A DNA stretch of 64,000 nt, taken from positions 124,001-188,000 of the forward strand of contig NIVC01002092.1 of the NCBI GenBank assembly GCA_002269645.1, written 5' to 3'. Position 1 is the stretch's first letter. Each line of letters opens with the position of its first letter. Under the pieces are notes generated by a model. It was not told where the DNA came from. It made no database searches and saw only the letters and a list, made by a program, of their open reading frames with translations. Both the position numbers and the translations under genes were made by a program. Positions 28,235-41,560 of this stretch are shown here, piece by piece. Origin of the DNA: Macrostomum lignano (taxonomy: Eukaryota).

Positions 28235-31200
28235 GTGCATGAATAGATAAGACTCCGACTAGAGAAAAATCAACTGAGAATCAGGAAAAGAAAATGATCT
28301 GGGAAATTAAAAGGAAGGCCCATTGAAGAAGCACGCACAAAAACCGGGATTAAGAAGCAGCAAAGAAGCCGAAGCAGCGCTTTCATCTAATTAATTTTAC
28401 ATAAGGCAGTTCGCCTATGCAGTGCAATTATGAAGCTTATTTTCAACCTTTTCTCTGACTTGATTAAGCTGCCCAATAATGAACAATTTTTCAGTTACAG
28501 CCAGCAAGTACAGTGCAAGGGATAAGCAAGCAGACACTGTTTAATAACGAAGAAGTTACCCAACTTAAGTCTAAAAACGGTAAAGCAGGAAATCTCGCAC
28601 GCATACTTATGCATCCCCTCACTGAGCTGAGCTCACAGAGATGATGCCTGATTAGTTCCTCACTACTTTCCCATCCCCCCAGTGCATACGAGATTACTAT
28701 AGCGCCAAGAGTCTCTGAAGCGAAATAAACGCTTAAGCCGCTCTCTCTCCCGCCGCGGGTCCCCTCATCAACAGTAAAGCCCGTATAGTCGGGCTGGCAA
28801 TAAAAGTACAAGCCTGTTGTAGACTTAAACTAACTGAGTAGACTGTACGTCTAACATGGGACCGGCTTCGATTATAATAGTAAATTAATATATGAAGCTA
28901 GTGATAAAATTTCGAGACAACTCTGGGTAAACGGCTAGAGCAATTATGGCTGTCTTTAAAGTTTTAAATCCCTCGCCATCTAATGATTTTAGAAAATTTA
29001 ATATAATATTCAAATCAGTGTTGAAATTCTCCTGATTATCAGCCATGGCCCTAACAAGAGTGTGTCCATAGTTTCAGAGCTCTATTCATGCCGAATCTCT
29101 GCCGTACCTCTGCTCATTCAGCTATAAAACATGCCTTAAATACACTGAAGCAGGAGAGAAATTAATGCCGAACAATGTTAGCAATTGTCCCACGAATTTT
29201 ATTGGCCTTAACTGAAGAAACTCTACTATAATAATAATAACTAAAGCAGACTTCTCACGATATTTTTATACGCACAAACGTTATTCTCTTGTCTAATATA
29301 CTCGTAAATCGCGGGTCAGCTTAGCTTAGCTTATATGTGGATGGGGCGCATTAAGCGCGCATTTAAAATGCACGAGTCTGGCATAAGCGCGCGTTTAAAA
29401 TGCACGAGTCTGGCATAAGCGCGCGTTTAAAATGCACGAGTCTGGCATAAGCGCGCGTTTAAAATGCACGAGTCTGGCATAAGCGCGCGTTTAAAATTCA
29501 CGAGTCTGGCATAAGCGCGCATTTAAAATCGAACTTCATGTAAAATTGTGCTCTTCTGTCTCAGTCGTACAAATTGCCTGCGCGCTTCTTTACAAACTTT
29601 CAAACCCTTTCCTAGAACCCAAACCATAATAACCCTCACTGCCTAAATTGCCGACAGCCACATGACTGACATTCGTAACTACTTGGATGTAATTTTGAAT
29701 TAAAATTTACAAATTCAAACTTTTTACGCTGCCCTTAATATTGAAAGTTTCATTCAACGCGAATTTATCGAGTCAACCTGCTAGCACTGGGCACCCAGCT
29801 GTAGCCAAAAGCCACAAGTGTACATTCAGGCTAGTTAAGATAAACATTAAACTATAGTCAGCAGTGTTGATTGAAACCAGACTAAATTAAAAGCCTCTAA
29901 ACATAGAAGAAACTTGAAGATTTTCCACCAGAAAGTGCTGCTGCGGCTGCAAATAGTTTCCGGAGTGGGGCTTAGAAAACAAAGCCAGGGTCACAAGCAG
30001 AGCCTGTAGGTCTGTACAATCGTTCATTGGTAAGAACTGCGTAAATCAATCAAGTCAGACATGTGTTTCACTTCAATTTGCTCAATGGGGGAGTTGCTGA
30101 AATGCCATGGCTCAATGGGGGAGTTGCTGAGATGCCATGGATCAATGGGGGAGCTGCTGAAATGCCATGGCTCAATGGGGGAGTTGAATATTAAAATCGA
30201 AGCCAGCTCGCGTCTCACCTGAAACGGAGCCTTGAACCAAATAGGCGCGGTCACAATCAGCACCTTCTTCAGCCTGGCGGGATAATTGCCCTTGAGCATA
30301 TTAAGTATCCGAATGCTCAAATCGTAGTCAAAGTTGCCGTACTTGGAGCCGGTCATGTCGTAGACGAACACGAGGCCGTTCTCCTGGGCCGAGTCGACGG
30401 CTAGGGCGGCGTCCAGCTGAAAGATGAGGCTCTTCAGGGTGTCCCGGTGCGTGGTCTCGGGTGGCCGGTGCCTGCAGGCGGTGAACAGGGCCACTACTGA
30501 GTCACTGGAACTCTGTCCGGGCACGATGGTGAGCTTCTCGGACAGCAGTTCAGCTCGGACGCCTTCGTCGCAGGGATCGATGTGCTCAAAGTATTCAACG
30601 CGGCGGAGTTTCTCGTGCGCAGCAAATAAATCAACGGCTCGTTGAACGTCCCACTTTCTGGCGCGGAGAAATTTTAACGAGACGGCGCGCTGTTGCGACT
30701 CGGACAGGAGGCGGAGGCGGTCGCCGCAGTGCGGGATTTGCCGGATCCGGTCGGCAAAGTTTTGCAGAGCCTTAGCAGTTTTAAAATTAGATTTATAGTT
30801 ATTTTACAATTGAGTAAACGGCGGGAGTAACTTAACGCCTCGTCATGTTATTAGCAAGCTCAAGTCTAAAATCTTATATCGAGGTTTTTGTTGGGATCCA
30901 ATTAACAGGTATGGCACTGAATTCACACCCAGAACCCAATTCAAAAGTTCATTTTTAAAAATTTATTTCTGGATTTTGCATTTGTTTGACAAAAAATGCC
31001 AGATTATTGATACTTATACTTAATCTTACTTAATATAATTGATATTTTGTAAAAACAAGCAAGGTAGCTACAAAAAGGCAATATCATTTAAACTAAGCAT
31101 CCTTACAAAAATGTATATATCTGAACATAACTACCTGTGACAAATATTTTAATAGATTTAGAATAACAATAGCTTTTTAACCACAACAAATATGAATATA

Positions 31201-34200
31201 TTTATTAGCTATCTATTAAACATATACCAAATACATTTTATATGGCTATATTTAGTCATTCATTATTTGAGATCTTTAACAAAATAATACATGTAGTCTC
31301 AGACAGTTATGTTCAGATGTGTCTAATTAAAATTAAAATCTGTATCTGAAATTAAAGATAAACAAATTTTTATCTAAAATGAAGCCTCGAGTCAAAATTC
31401 AATCAAATGTGATTAAATATTAGGAATAACTATATTTATTTTATGATAAAGGAGCAAACCTATTTTATTTTTTTATAAAAAATCTTAGGCATCTTATATG
31501 TGACCATATATAAATACATGGTCAATGCATTTATGAATAATAAATTATGAATAATAATGAATTTTATATATATACATAGGCACTATGATATACATAGATA
31601 TACATAGATCCTATGGAAGGATCCATAGCACAAGCTATCACAAAGACATTACTGATAATTTAACTAATAACTATATAAAGTATAAGTTTAAAATTCTTTA
31701 ATACATTGGGATTATTCAAAGAAATAGAAGATAAACTCTAGAACAAGTTAGTGGGATATTTAAAGATGGAGGTAAAACCATTGATGCCTATTAGAGTGTA
31801 TATACTGTGATGGGATATCTAGATCTTATATCTAACAGTATCATAACATATTGTTATAGGATATATATCCTACATTTACCAGAGTGTTTTTACCTAGCTT
31901 ATCTAGCTAGTATAAATAATGATAAACTGAGTATAATATAAACTAAATATAAACCATGATAAATTAAATTCTGTGAAGATAGTCTTAATTTTTATGCAAA
32001 GATTCCATCTTGGCTTATCTATAGTTGCAGGCATGGCTTTAGTAGAATCCCAAGAAAAAACATGAAAGGCCTTTTTTTAATAATTATCACTTACATTTTT
32101 AAAGGCAACTGTTATTTCTCTAGTGACTAGACAAATAGCAACATGGTTATTTGTCCAGTTACTAGACAAATAGCCATCTTACTATTTGTCTAGTCCATAG
32201 TCCCAAGTGTACAACATATATGCCAGAATTTTTTTGCTCCGCATGTTGCATGCAGAAGGATTGGATCAAATCTAACTAGTGTGCGCCAATGGACCCTAGG
32301 GGTGGGGAAGAGGGTTGCAAGTTGGGGTGCTGCAACAATCAAGCTTTTTTTGTGTTCCAAATTTTATCTTACTCTGCAGAAAAACAACACTTTTAGAAAT
32401 GCTTACCATAGGAAATGACCTAAATATATTTATTTGCTTTTTAGTTAATAAACTATCTATGCCTTTTTTTAACATTTATTATGATACTCAATTTCCATCT
32501 TTTTTGTGGTAAAAATTTGAATTTTAATTCACTATTTCTTAACTTTATATATACAAAATGTTATACAAAAATAATTAGTTTTTTGCTTTATAACTTTATC
32601 TAAATAAAATCTAATATCTAAATCACTATTCTAGTAGTACTGATACAACATTTATAATCTGAAGCTGTGTATAAAGTAATGTTCAGCATATACCAAAAAT
32701 GGGTCATTTTTTCAAGGTACATATAGACTATTCCAAACTATAATAATAGCTAGCTCTAAATATGGTGCTATGCAAAGCATACCAAAAAAACTTTGCCAAC
32801 TCCTTGATGCATGCTATGCATGTGGTATTAAACTGCCTTAGACCTTTTTATACACAAGAATTTCCTCTAAAAACAGCATATTTAAGAGTATGGTATTGAT
32901 TCAGTAGCATAGCTAAGGGGGAAGGATACAGGGATATATCCCTCTCCCTATTTTGATGATTTATAGGAAATGAAAATTAGGTTTTTTTTAAAATGCAAAA
33001 TAAAGTGGCTTAGACTTAGCAAAATGGCTAAAAGTAGGTCTATTTCACTTTTAAATTACTAATAAAATGTTTTAAACAATATTTCTGCAAATCTCTAATC
33101 CTTAAAATGTCTAGTCAGGATAGACATCTACTGGCTATATTCTAATTTTAACAAAATAAAGTTTTTTGCTTAAAAAACAAGATTTGATACTTGTATATTG
33201 CAAATTTTAAGCAAAAATGCAAAAAACTTTTTTATTAGTTTATAATAAATTTTGTCCCTAAAAGTTATCTCCCCCTTTTCAAAATCCTAGCTATGCCATT
33301 GAATCTGGTTAATACCTTTAGATAGGCCTTTTTCCTATTTTAATTAATTTGTTATACTACTATAAGCCTAGTATATTCAAATATATACTAGCAATTTTCG
33401 CCCCCCCCCCCAATGGGGGACATCTCGATAGAATCCTTGTTCTTTACAAATAACAAATAGACAGCAAAAAAGCCTTTATAAGAAAACAACAGACATTCAC
33501 TCTAAAAACAAAACATCCCAAGACAGCAAGCATCCCCAGACAGCATTCAAGCATCAATCACCAAAAAGCAAGCATCCCCCAGACTGCAAGCATCTCCCAG
33601 ATAGCAAGCATCCCCCAGATAGCAAGCACCCCCCCCCCCCCGGATAGCAAGCATCCCCCAGATAGCAAGCATAACCTAGATACAAAGAGACCTTATAGAT
33701 ATCTAGCAACCCCCTCTCGGATAGCAAGTACCCCCCCAACCCCCCCCCCCAAGAGCAAGCATCTCCCAATAGCAAGTTACCCTAGTAGCAAGCATCCTTC
33801 CGATAGCAAGCATCCCTCAGATAGCAAGTATCCCTCAGATAGCAAGCATCCCTCAGATAGCAAGTATCCCTCAGATAGCAAGCATCCCACTAATAGCAAG
33901 TATCTATCCTTAAATAGCAAGCATCCACCAGAGAACAAGTAGTTAGTGCAACAATTTAGTTAGTGCAACAATTTCCTTAGCTTTATAGTGGCTCCATTTT
34001 GTTTGGCATGACACTTTTTTATGTTTGAAATGGTGTTTCTGTTATGTTTGAATTGGTGGCACTTTATTGTTTGACATGGCAGTTCTTCTATGTTTGACAT
34101 GGTGTCTCTTCTATGTTTGACATGCTGGCTCTTTTGTGTTTGACATGATAGCTCTTTAATGTTTGACATGGTGGCTATTCTATGTTTGACATGATAGCAC

Positions 34201-37200
34201 TTTAATGTTTGATATGGTGGCTCTTCTATGTTTGCCATGGCGGCCCTTTTATGTTTGAAATGGTGGCTCTTTAATGTTTGACATGGAAACATGTGTATAT
34301 GTTTGACATGATGGCTCTTTAATGATTTACATGGAGTCACATATATGATTGACATGGTGGCTTTTTTATGTTTGACATGGTGGCTCTTTTATGTTTGACA
34401 TGGTGGCTCTTTAATGTTTGACACAGAGTCACGTATATGTTTGACATGGTGGCTCCTTAATGTTCGACATGGTGGCTCTTTAATGTTTGACATGGAGTCA
34501 CGTATATGTTTGACATGGTGGCTCTTTTATGTTTGGCATGGTGGCTCTTTTATGTTTGGCATGGTGGCTCTTTTATGTTCGACATGGTGACTCTTTTGTG
34601 TTTGGCATTGCACTTCTTTTATGTTTAGCATTTTGTATTTTTATGGTATTTTAATAAAAAATCATTTTGCACTACTAAGATTCGAACCTAGGTCACTACA
34701 TTAGCAGTCTAAGTCTGTTTGCATCTAGGCTATCTCTTTTCAATTGGAGAACATGAACTGTTGCCCTTATAATTCAATTCTTATAGCAATTCAGTTAGAA
34801 TAAAAAGTTATAACATAATCAATTTCTCAATCAGCCAGTATCAGTCTCAATTCAAGTTAGCAATATTGGTTACGCAATGGAAATCAAGTCGTGTGTGTAT
34901 TTCTTTGGCACTGTTTTAAGTTGTTGTGATGTAATCTTTATCAGAATTGAAATTCAGTTAGTCAGGTTTTTCTCTAGTATTCTTATAATGCATTTCAAGT
35001 CGAAAATATTGCTTGACCTTTGAAAAAAGCATGTTTTTTTAATATTTAATCCCTTGAAGATTGAGCAATGTCTTAGCCAAGATGCATGTATGCATGTTTG
35101 AAGAAAATTGGTTGAGGAGTTTTTTTTAAAAATCTATTTCACATGTACAGACAACTCATTTTTAGTATATAAGTTTTGATTTTTAGTATATTGGAAAAGG
35201 AAGGAAGTTTTGATTCTTAGTATATTGGAAGGTAAGTACATAGTTTAGATTTTTAGTATATTGGTGGACTAGCTAATTAGAGCTGTCTGCTAGCATCCAG
35301 ATTTTTTATTATACCCCCCTTAATTGGTTACACAAGTTAAATAGAGTAATTATCTGGGCAGTGGGGTGCAATGTGTTTTCTTATCAGCTGGCATCAATGC
35401 AATCATTAAAATTGGGTGTGAATTCTCTTGCTGTGCATAGGCTGATAAAATTTGCATTTAAAAAGCTCATTTAAAACAGTTTTTCGAATATTTAATACCT
35501 TTAGCAATGAGCTAGAGCTTAATAAAAATGTATGTACCATCCTGGGCACATTTGACATCTTTTGGTGAAAAGGGGGTGAAAATTGGTTAGGTCATTTGGG
35601 AGATAATTGATTGCCCACATACAAGCAAGCAAGATTTTCATTTTTAGTATATTACTAGCCAATCCCAATCCCTGTTGGGGCTTTCCATCCAAACTCCAAC
35701 CACAGCTTTCCCCATCCACAAAATCCCCGATGCAAAGAATCCCCTATCCAAAGAACCCCCATCGATAGAATCACCGATCCAAAGAATTCCCCATTCAATG
35801 AATCCCCTACTCAAGAAATCCCCGATCTACAGAAGCCCCCTATCTAAAGAATCCTCATCCAAAGAATCTCTCATTCACAGAATCCCCATCTAAAGGATCC
35901 CTTATCCACAGAATCCAAATATAAAGAATCGTCCATACATTCCTATCTAAAGAATCCCCCCATCCATTCCTATCCAAAGAATTTCCCCATCCATTCCTAC
36001 CTAAAGAATCCCCCATCTATCTATACCCAAAGAATCCCCCCAATGAATCTCCATCCAAATAATTCACATCATAATCCCCATCTAAATAATCCATAGATCT
36101 CCCATCTAAATAATCCTCCATCAAAGAAATAATTGCCCACAGAATTCCCTCATCTAAAGAACCCCATCTGAATAATCCCCATCCAAAGTATCCAAAGAAT
36201 CTCCCATCCAAATAATCCCCCTATTAATAGAATTCTTGGTCAAAGAATCCCCTCATCTAAAGAACCCCCATCCAAATAACCCCATCTAACGAATCATTCA
36301 TCTAAAGAATCAACCATTCGAAAAACCCTCCATCGAAACAATGCCCTATCAAAAGAATTCCCTTATGAATCACCTATCTAAAGATATCTATTAAAAGCAT
36401 CCCTCATCCAAAGAATCATCAATCCAAAGAATTCCCCCCAAGACTTAACATCTCAGCAATTCTCCCAAGCCTCGACACCTCAGACAATTCCCCCAAGCCT
36501 TGACATCTTACCAATTTCTCCCTATCTAAAGCCTTGACATCTCAGCAGTCCTACAAGTAGCCTCTATATCCCAGTTATTCCCTGAGTAAGCCTTTATATC
36601 TCAGTAACTCCCCTTGTAAGTCTTGACATCTTAGCAATTTCTCCCCATCCAAAGCCTTGACATCTCAGCGATTCCCCCAAAGCCTTGACATCTCAGCGAT
36701 TCCCCCAAAGCCTTGACATCTCTACAGTTTCCCATTAAGCCTTGAAATCTCAGCAATTCCCCTCCCCAAGACTTGACATCTTATAAATTTCCCCTTAAGC
36801 CTTGACATCTCAGCAATTCCCCCCACAAGCCTTGTATCTCAGCAAGTCCCTCTTAAGCCTTCACATCTCATTAATTCCCCTAGGTAAGATTTTATACATA
36901 TATTTTAATAATTCCTCCTGTAAATCTTGACATCTTAGAATACTCTTCCGAGCAAGCACCCCCCCAAGAGCAAGCGTCCTTCCAATAGCAAGCATCCCCT
37001 GATAGAAAGTACTCCCACCAAGATTAGTGAAACAATTTCCTCAGCTAGCCAATTCCAACCCCCATTGGGGCTATTTGTCCAAACTTCAACCACAGTTTGT
37101 CCACGCAATAAAATTTCACCCAACTGAATCTCAAATTTAAAGAATCCCCCTTCCAAAGAATCCACCACCCATAGAATCCACAATACAAAGAATCTCACAT

Positions 37201-40200
37201 GCAAAGAATCCGCCATCCAAAAACCTCCTATCAATAGAATCCCCGATCCAAAGAATTCCCCCTTCAATGAATCCTCCTATCTGAATAATTGCCCATCCAT
37301 AGAATCTTATATGCAGAGAATCCCTATCCAAAGAACCCCCATCAATAGAATCCCCGATCCGAAGAATTCCCCTTCCAATGAATCCCCCATCGACAGAATC
37401 CCCTATCCAAAGAATCCCCCCATCCATCCCTATCCAAAGAATCCCCCCATCTATCCCTATCCAAAGAATCCCCCCATCCATCCCTATCCAAAGAATCCCC
37501 CCATCCATCCCATTCAAAAGAATCCCCCCATCTATCCCTATCCCCCCATCCATCCCTATCCAAAGAATCCCCCTATCCATCCCTATCCCCCTATCTATCC
37601 CTATCCCCCTATCCATCCCTATCCAAAGAATCCCCCTATCATCCCTATATAAAGAATCACCCCATCCATCCATATCCAAAGAATCCCCGACCTCCATCCA
37701 TATCCAAAAAATCCCCCTCCAGAGAATCCCAATCCAAAGAATCCCCATCTACAAAATCCCGATCAAAATAATGCAAAGATTCACTCATCCAAATAAACCT
37801 CCATCAAAAGAATCATTGGCCAGAGTCCCCTCATCTAAAGAACCCCGTCCAAATAATCCAAAGAATCAGACTCCAAATAATTTCCATCCAAAGAATCCAA
37901 AGAATCTCCCATCCAAATAATACCCTATCAATAAAATCCTAGGCCAAAGAATCCCCTCATCTAAAGAATCCTCGTCCAAACAATCCCATCAAATCCAAAG
38001 GATCCCTTTATCGAAAGATTCCTTCATCTAAAGAATCCCCCACATTCAAAGAGCCCTTCATCGAAAGAATCCCCCATCGAAGGAATTTCTCAATGAACCA
38101 CCTATCTAAAGATATCCATTAGAAGCAGCCCTCATGGAAAGAATCCCCAATCCATAGAATTCCCCCCAAGACTTGTCATCTCAACAATTCTCCCCAAGCC
38201 TTGAGACCTCAGTAATTCTCTCTTAAGCTTTGACATCTCAGCAATTTGCTCTCAAGACTTGAAATTTCAGGAATTCCCCCGCCAAGACTTGACATCTCAT
38301 AAATTTTCCTTAACCACAATGAGACTGATGGCACAATTTCGTGCCAAGCCAGCAAAACTGCCCCCGACTGATGCCTGGCTTAGACCGGTGGATTAGAGCA
38401 GTCAAACCCTTTTCCTGACTAGCCTACTATGCCAACACATCCGTTCCCGACGGCTTGGTTCAATATCGTGCCATAGAATTTTTTTAGCTCAAGTTTTTAA
38501 GCTCGTATACAAACCCCTTCCAGACTGAAGCAACTTTTCACGCAGTCTTTGCCAAGTAGATTTTGAGACACAGCCCTAGTGTTCCAGTGTTCCCACCGGT
38601 GCAGTCAAACTTGCTTAAGTTCTTTGTTTAAGTTTTATAGCATTGTATTGCTAGCAGCGTTGTTCTTGGACGAGCGTACGAGTAGTATAAATTACGAGAT
38701 CATGAGCGCTGAGTCTGATTGGGAGACCGACGACGCGACGGAGTCCCCAATAGTTACCGATGACGAGTCTCTGAGCGACTATGAAGAGCTGAATCCAGAT
38801 GTTGTAATGCTTATGTTCCTGAATCTTTTGTAAGCTTTTTCTGTATTTTTCAGGATAATATGCATAGCTTATATTATGGTTCGAGGGTTGTTTTTATAGT
38901 TGTTATTTCTTTCATTAGTTTCACACACTTTATTGCATTCTTTCGAACTCTCGAACAGTAATACTGTTACAACACCGGTATATCAGGTCCATCAATGCAC
39001 GTTCACATCAGGTCACATGTTCTTTTTATCAAATATATACACAATTCCCAATTATGTTCTGCTCTATCTGTTAAAAAAAGATTTTTGTCTTTCAACAAAA
39101 GCCATGGCACAAAAACGGTCCATATCAGTCTGCAATGGCTGTGCTATCTATGCGAAAGGTGGTGCAAACATAAACTAAATAATTGTCAGTCGGGTGCAGT
39201 TTTGCTGGCTTGGCATGAAACCGTGCCATCAGTCTCGTCGTGGAGCGCAAAAATGTCTATGGCACGATTTTGGTCCATCCGTCGGAACGGATATGTTGGC
39301 ATAGAAGACTAGTCAAGAAAAGGTTAAGCTTTGACATCTCAGCAGTAAGCCTTTATATCGCAGTAATTCCCCAGTAAGTCTGCATATCTGAATAATTCCC
39401 CAGTATGTCTTGACATCTTAGCAATCTCACCTGATCAAGCATGCCCTAAGAGCAAGCATCCTTTTGATAGCAAGCATCCCTTGATAGAAAGTAACCCAAG
39501 CAAGATAGTGAAAAAAATTTACTCAGCTAGTACAATAATTAGTTTCTTATCTAGTGCAATAATCCTTTTCAAAATTCAGAGTTTAATAAAAAAATTGAAT
39601 ATACTACATGAACGCTCATAGCTTCTTCTCTTTTACCTGATTTACTGGACATTTTTTTAAGTTAAAATTTTTAATAAAAAAACTTTTACTCTCTAAAAAT
39701 TTGAACCCACGTTGCTGCATTAGCAGTTCAGTCTGTTCACCTGTAGGCTAACTTATCATTTTGATAACATGAATTGTAGCACATATATAATTCAACACTG
39801 AAAACTCCAAGCATAGAGTAGAAATCACTTGAAGCAAGTTATGACATAATCAATTTCTCAGGCAGGCAATATCAGTTTCAATTATTAAAGTCAAACATTA
39901 AAGTGAACAATATGGTTACACAATCTAAATTTAAATACAATGGCGCTGGCTTGAATTGGGGAGTTGCGATAAAGTGAAGGTTTGCAATATGGAAGAGCAT
40001 ACAATGTGAATTTTATATAAAGTAAAATTCATAGGAATCTTCTTTTTAATGCTATGCTCTTAATTTTTCAAATCTCAGAAAACAAATTATATTCCCGAAC
40101 TCAGCATTCCTATCTCTTTCCAGCAATATAAGGTTCTCTTCTGAAAGTGAAAAACTCAAAGCGCAAACAATGATTGAACATTCCTGCTTTAAAGCATTGA

Positions 40201-41560
40201 AATTAAAAAGGTGTACATTCAGCGCCAGCTACAGTGACAGGCCTGCAAGTTGATGCATTGAAATTAACAACCATGCAATGCCTAGGACTAATTGAATGGC
40301 AAAACCCTCCCTCCAATTTCAATAACTTAAAGGTGTTGCGCAACCTTTCAATGCTTGTAGCTTTCCACATGAGTGTAGAGAACCAATGCTATAGTTGGCA
40401 CTGAGTTATGATGCAATACAATTCCATGGGCAGTCAGAACACTTCTCAATTGGAAAAAACTGTTTGAACTTAAAAAACAGGCAAAAAATTGAGTTTCTCA
40501 AATATTTAATCCCAAAAAATGAAGCAATTTCTTAGCAAAATTTTGTGTACCAGTGCACCATCAATAAACATCAAATGTAGAAAACCCCACGAAATTTGGA
40601 CTACGCAAAGTCAAATTAAACGAAGGTTCCTATAGATATATAGATAAATAGGTAGGTAGGTAGGTAGGTAACTAGATAATTTTGACTTTTAGTATATTGG
40701 ATAGGATTTTAGTATATTAGAAAGATATGAAAATTATGAATGCAATTAACTCACTTAAAATTTTACTTGTACATTGACTACATGACATAGTTTGGATTAT
40801 ATATAAATGTATGCCAGGTTTAATGCCAAAAAATGATGAGACCTTAATTATACGCAGGGTTTATGCATCAAAATAAAAAATTTGTCATTTGACACAATGT
40901 ATATGTTGCCTTCCAAACTAAATCTAGACTACATGATTGAAACTTCTTATTTTTCAGTTTGATTTTCATACCTCCTAATTTGCCTCATAAGAGGGTATGG
41001 GTATAAGATAGGAAGCAGTTAGACTAAATGTAGACTAGACATATACTAGTTAGTATAACAACATATTTTTTATTTATCAAGATACAAATAAGAAAATTTT
41101 AAAATCTAGAAATATTTACTAAAATAAATAGTAGGCCTAGTAGTAAAAAGTAGTAATATCCATTTAAATAGACAAATATCAAATTGGCTATTTGTCTAGT
41201 ATAATAATTGGACAAATAATGAAATAGCTATTTATTTGATAACCAGACAAATAACCACATCACTATTTGTCTGGTCACCATACCAATAACAATTGTATTT
41301 TTTTAAATTGATTGACTAGACTTTGGTTAGGCCTTTAATTAAAAAAAATATTTTTTACTAATTAACTATTAAAATACAAATCAATTTGATGATAGTGTTG
41401 TTGTTATTACAGTAATTATAATAAATTAAGCAATATTTTTAGCAAAAAAATAAAAAGTAGTTGGGCAGGTATTTACCGTTTCTTCAGCACCACTCAGCTT
41501 GCTTGCACTGCTATCTTCACATACACAGTACCACAAGCTGACTGAACTGTTTTGTGACAT
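26011..41560 (-). CDS. PTPN9: PTPN9 / PTP-MEG2 (Sec14/CRAL-TRIO + tyrosine phosphatase), ~666 aa; exons 41477-41560, 30219-30770, 26877-27659, 26011-26592
   Basis: Sec14 part: KFLRARKWDV, QENGLVFVYDM, YPARLKKVLIVTAPIWF. PTP part: RNRYADV, DYVHANWVDGY, YICTQ|GPL, FTSWPDFG, HCSAGIGRTG, IQTAEQY. All junctions are phase 0, GT-AG. Exon 1 (MSQ...KLSGAEET|gtaaat) is less certain: it was chosen because it supplies the missing ATG in frame. Confidence 0.88.
26620..26855. repeat. 22-bp minisatellite ggagacacctgggattcggatt in PTPN9 intron 3
   Basis: Read directly. Confidence 0.9.
27678..28232. repeat. (GATA)n grading into (GACA)n
   Basis: Read directly; PTPN9 intron 2. Confidence 0.95.
28491..28811 (-). 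pseudogene. Possible degenerate LINE AP-endonuclease fragment
   Basis: YTGFTVDEGTRGGRESGLSVYF loosely resembles the GY-x-F-x-DR...GGG-x-AIY motif. Confidence 0.3.
29385..29527. repeat. 32-bp minisatellite gcgcgcgtttaaaatgcacgagtctggcataa
   Basis: About 4.5 copies. Confidence 0.88.
30078..30186. repeat. 30-bp repeat gctcaatgggggagttgctgaaatgccatg
   Basis: About 3.5 copies near the PTPN9 exon-2 donor. Confidence 0.85.
32902..33301. mobile_element. hAT-like MITE (400 bp)
   Basis: TIRs cagtagcatagctaag / cctagctatgccattg (CAGTGGCGTAGC type). No recognisable TSD. Confidence 0.4.
33525..39540. repeat. Compound degenerate satellite region (agcaagcatccc, 23-bp atgtttgacatggtggctctttt, aagaatcccc and gccttgacatctcagcaatt arrays)
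   Basis: Read directly; PTPN9 intron 1. Confidence 0.85.
38314..39323 (+). mobile_element. Internally deleted piggyBac-type element (1010 bp) between TTAA sites
   Basis: TTAA at 38310-38313 and 39324-39327; excision restores the satellite unit ccttaagctttgacatctcag. ~75-bp TIR pair at 38407-38485 and 39250-39323. Acidic N-terminal remnant MSAESDWETDD (38702) and Cys remnant KRSISVCNGC (~39115). Confidence 0.78.
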
